NCBI GenBank assembly: GCA_002633005.1
Contig: NMRA01000654.1
Location: 60,120-124,119 of the forward strand
Length of the DNA stretch: 64,000 nucleotides
Source of the DNA: Phoronis australis
Taxonomy: Eukaryota; Animalia; Phoronida
Reading direction: 5' to 3'
Below are positions 63,675 to 64,000 of this stretch, one piece after another (positions within the stretch are counted from its first letter, which is position 1; each line of letters starts with the position of its first letter). The notes beneath the pieces were generated by a model. The model was not told the origin of the DNA and did not search any database. It worked only from the letters and a program-made list of their open reading frames with translations. The translations under genes and the position numbers were made by a program.

Positions 63675-64000
63675 CAAGAAATTTTTTCTAAGCGTTGAGC
63701 AGAGATTCTGAAAATAAAGTCTCCTAAACGTTGAGGAGAGATTTTGAAAAAAAAATCTAAGCATTGAGGAGAGATTTGAAAAAATTCTCGTAAGCTTTGA
63801 AGAGAGATTTGAAAATAGAATCTCTTAAGCGTTGAGGACAGAGATTTTGAAAAAAATTCTAGTAAGCGTTGAGGAGAGTTTTTGAAAAAATCTTCTAAGC
63901 GTTGAGGACAGAGATTTTGAAAAAAATTCTAGTAAGCGTTGAGGAGAGTTTTTGAAAAAATCTCCTAAGCGTTGAGGAGAGATTTTGAAGAAAAGTCTCC
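63675..64000. repeat. ~31-35-bp degenerate satellite running off the window
   Basis: Unit taagcgttgaggagagattttgaaaaaaatctcc, ~10 copies. Confidence 0.9.

Overview
Eukaryotic (invertebrate-like, AT-rich) genomic DNA; no prokaryotic operons, CRISPR arrays or rRNA. Most of the window is one large + strand gene that I read as the nonsense-mediated decay factor SMG5 (EST1B). It has 24 coding exons visible from 1351 to the stop codon at 58020, with GT-AG borders and consistent phases at every junction except one; the first exon lies upstream of the window. The broken junction (10693 to 16538) contains an N-delimited ~5 kb block with two antisense MAST-kinase exons, and an expected SMG5 exon is missing there, so a scaffolding error is most likely. 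One SMG5 exon is duplicated across an N gap. Introns hold the 5' end of an antisense Ty3/gypsy LTR element, Helentron/HINE-like repeats, several MITEs, two TIR elements with decayed THAP-like and HIRAN-like coding remnants, and many minisatellites. The most unusual observations are: (i) tandem repeats seeded across SMG5 exon/5'-splice-site junctions at three exons, two of which generate arrays of extra donors behind in-frame stops; (ii) a HINE-like repeat carrying ~15 co-oriented CTCF-consensus-like motifs at ~150 bp spacing. All homology calls are from recognition of motifs, not database searches. I cannot demonstrate a new biological system from sequence alone.
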